Notes under the pieces: generated by a model | The model's database searches: none | The model's input: only the letters and a program-made list of their open reading frames with translations | What the model was told of the DNA's origin: nothing | Program-made: the position numbers and the translations under genes | Assembly: GCA_949398915.1 (NCBI GenBank) | Contig: CASLXJ010000001.1 | Coordinates: 1 to 63,419, forward strand | DNA: 63,419 nucleotides | Origin: an uncultured bacterium | GTDB lineage: Bacteria > Bacillota > Clostridia > Christensenellales > UBA1242 | Direction: 5' to 3' | Shown: in pieces, positions 63,307 through 63,419 of the stretch | Layout of the letters: every line of letters begins with the position of its first letter | How positions within the stretch are numbered: position 1 is the first letter of the stretch

Positions 63307-63419
63307 ATATCCTCACAAACGCGATTTATTCGTTAAGTTTAACTGAATGTAAAAATTATGACAATACACCATAACACTTTATATTGTATTTAATTATTAC
63401 ATAATCATATATATTTTAA

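Noticed and set aside
1-63419. rRNA or tRNA genes
   Set aside because: All intergenic regions are AT-rich, and none shows the GC-rich cloverleaf-like segments or conserved rRNA blocks expected. None was detected by eye, though a tRNAscan/Infernal run would be the definitive check.

Overview
63.4-kb chromosomal window from a low-GC, endospore-forming Firmicute (Clostridia-like: spoVG, ftsA-ftsZ-spoIIGA-sigE-sigG, ylmC/ymxH). Almost all genes are on the minus strand. Housekeeping blocks: a peptidoglycan/division cluster (murF-ddl-murE-mraY-murD-ftsW ... murA-ftsQ, 0.1-12 kb); lipid and miscellaneous genes (12-19 kb); U32 peptidase, tsaD, prfB (classical +1 frameshift), tlyA, yloU/yloV, rpmB, helD, feoAB and nrdR; and the sporulation sigma cluster (57-63 kb). 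Interleaved is an accessory layer of four paralogous 900-1060-aa surface proteins built from Listeria-Bacteroides (Flg_new) repeats and GLUG-like repeats (21678-24863, 37718-40579, 43244-46201, 49634-52339). The main finding is a complete diversity-generating retroelement (DGR). It has a reverse transcriptase (41817-42908) and an Avd-like four-helix protein (41336-41797). Its 125-nt template repeat (TR, 40808-40932, + strand) matches a variable repeat (VR, 39409-39533) inside surface protein 37718-40579. TR and VR differ at 17 positions, and every one is a TR adenine. The layout is atypical: the TR is inverted relative to both RT/avd and the target and appears to be a stand-alone convergent ncRNA, and the VR lies mid-protein rather than at the C-terminus. 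The other three paralogs are not TR-matched. Each carries a G9-G10 homopolymer inside a TTGACA-N16 promoter spacer, which suggests slipped-strand phase variation. Other observations: a degenerate orphan VR/TR-like copy in the murE-mraY spacer 33 kb away, a tandem pair of uncharacterised HExxH proteins, and a MurF with a polytopic membrane N-terminus. No rRNA, tRNA, CRISPR array, transposase or integrase was seen.
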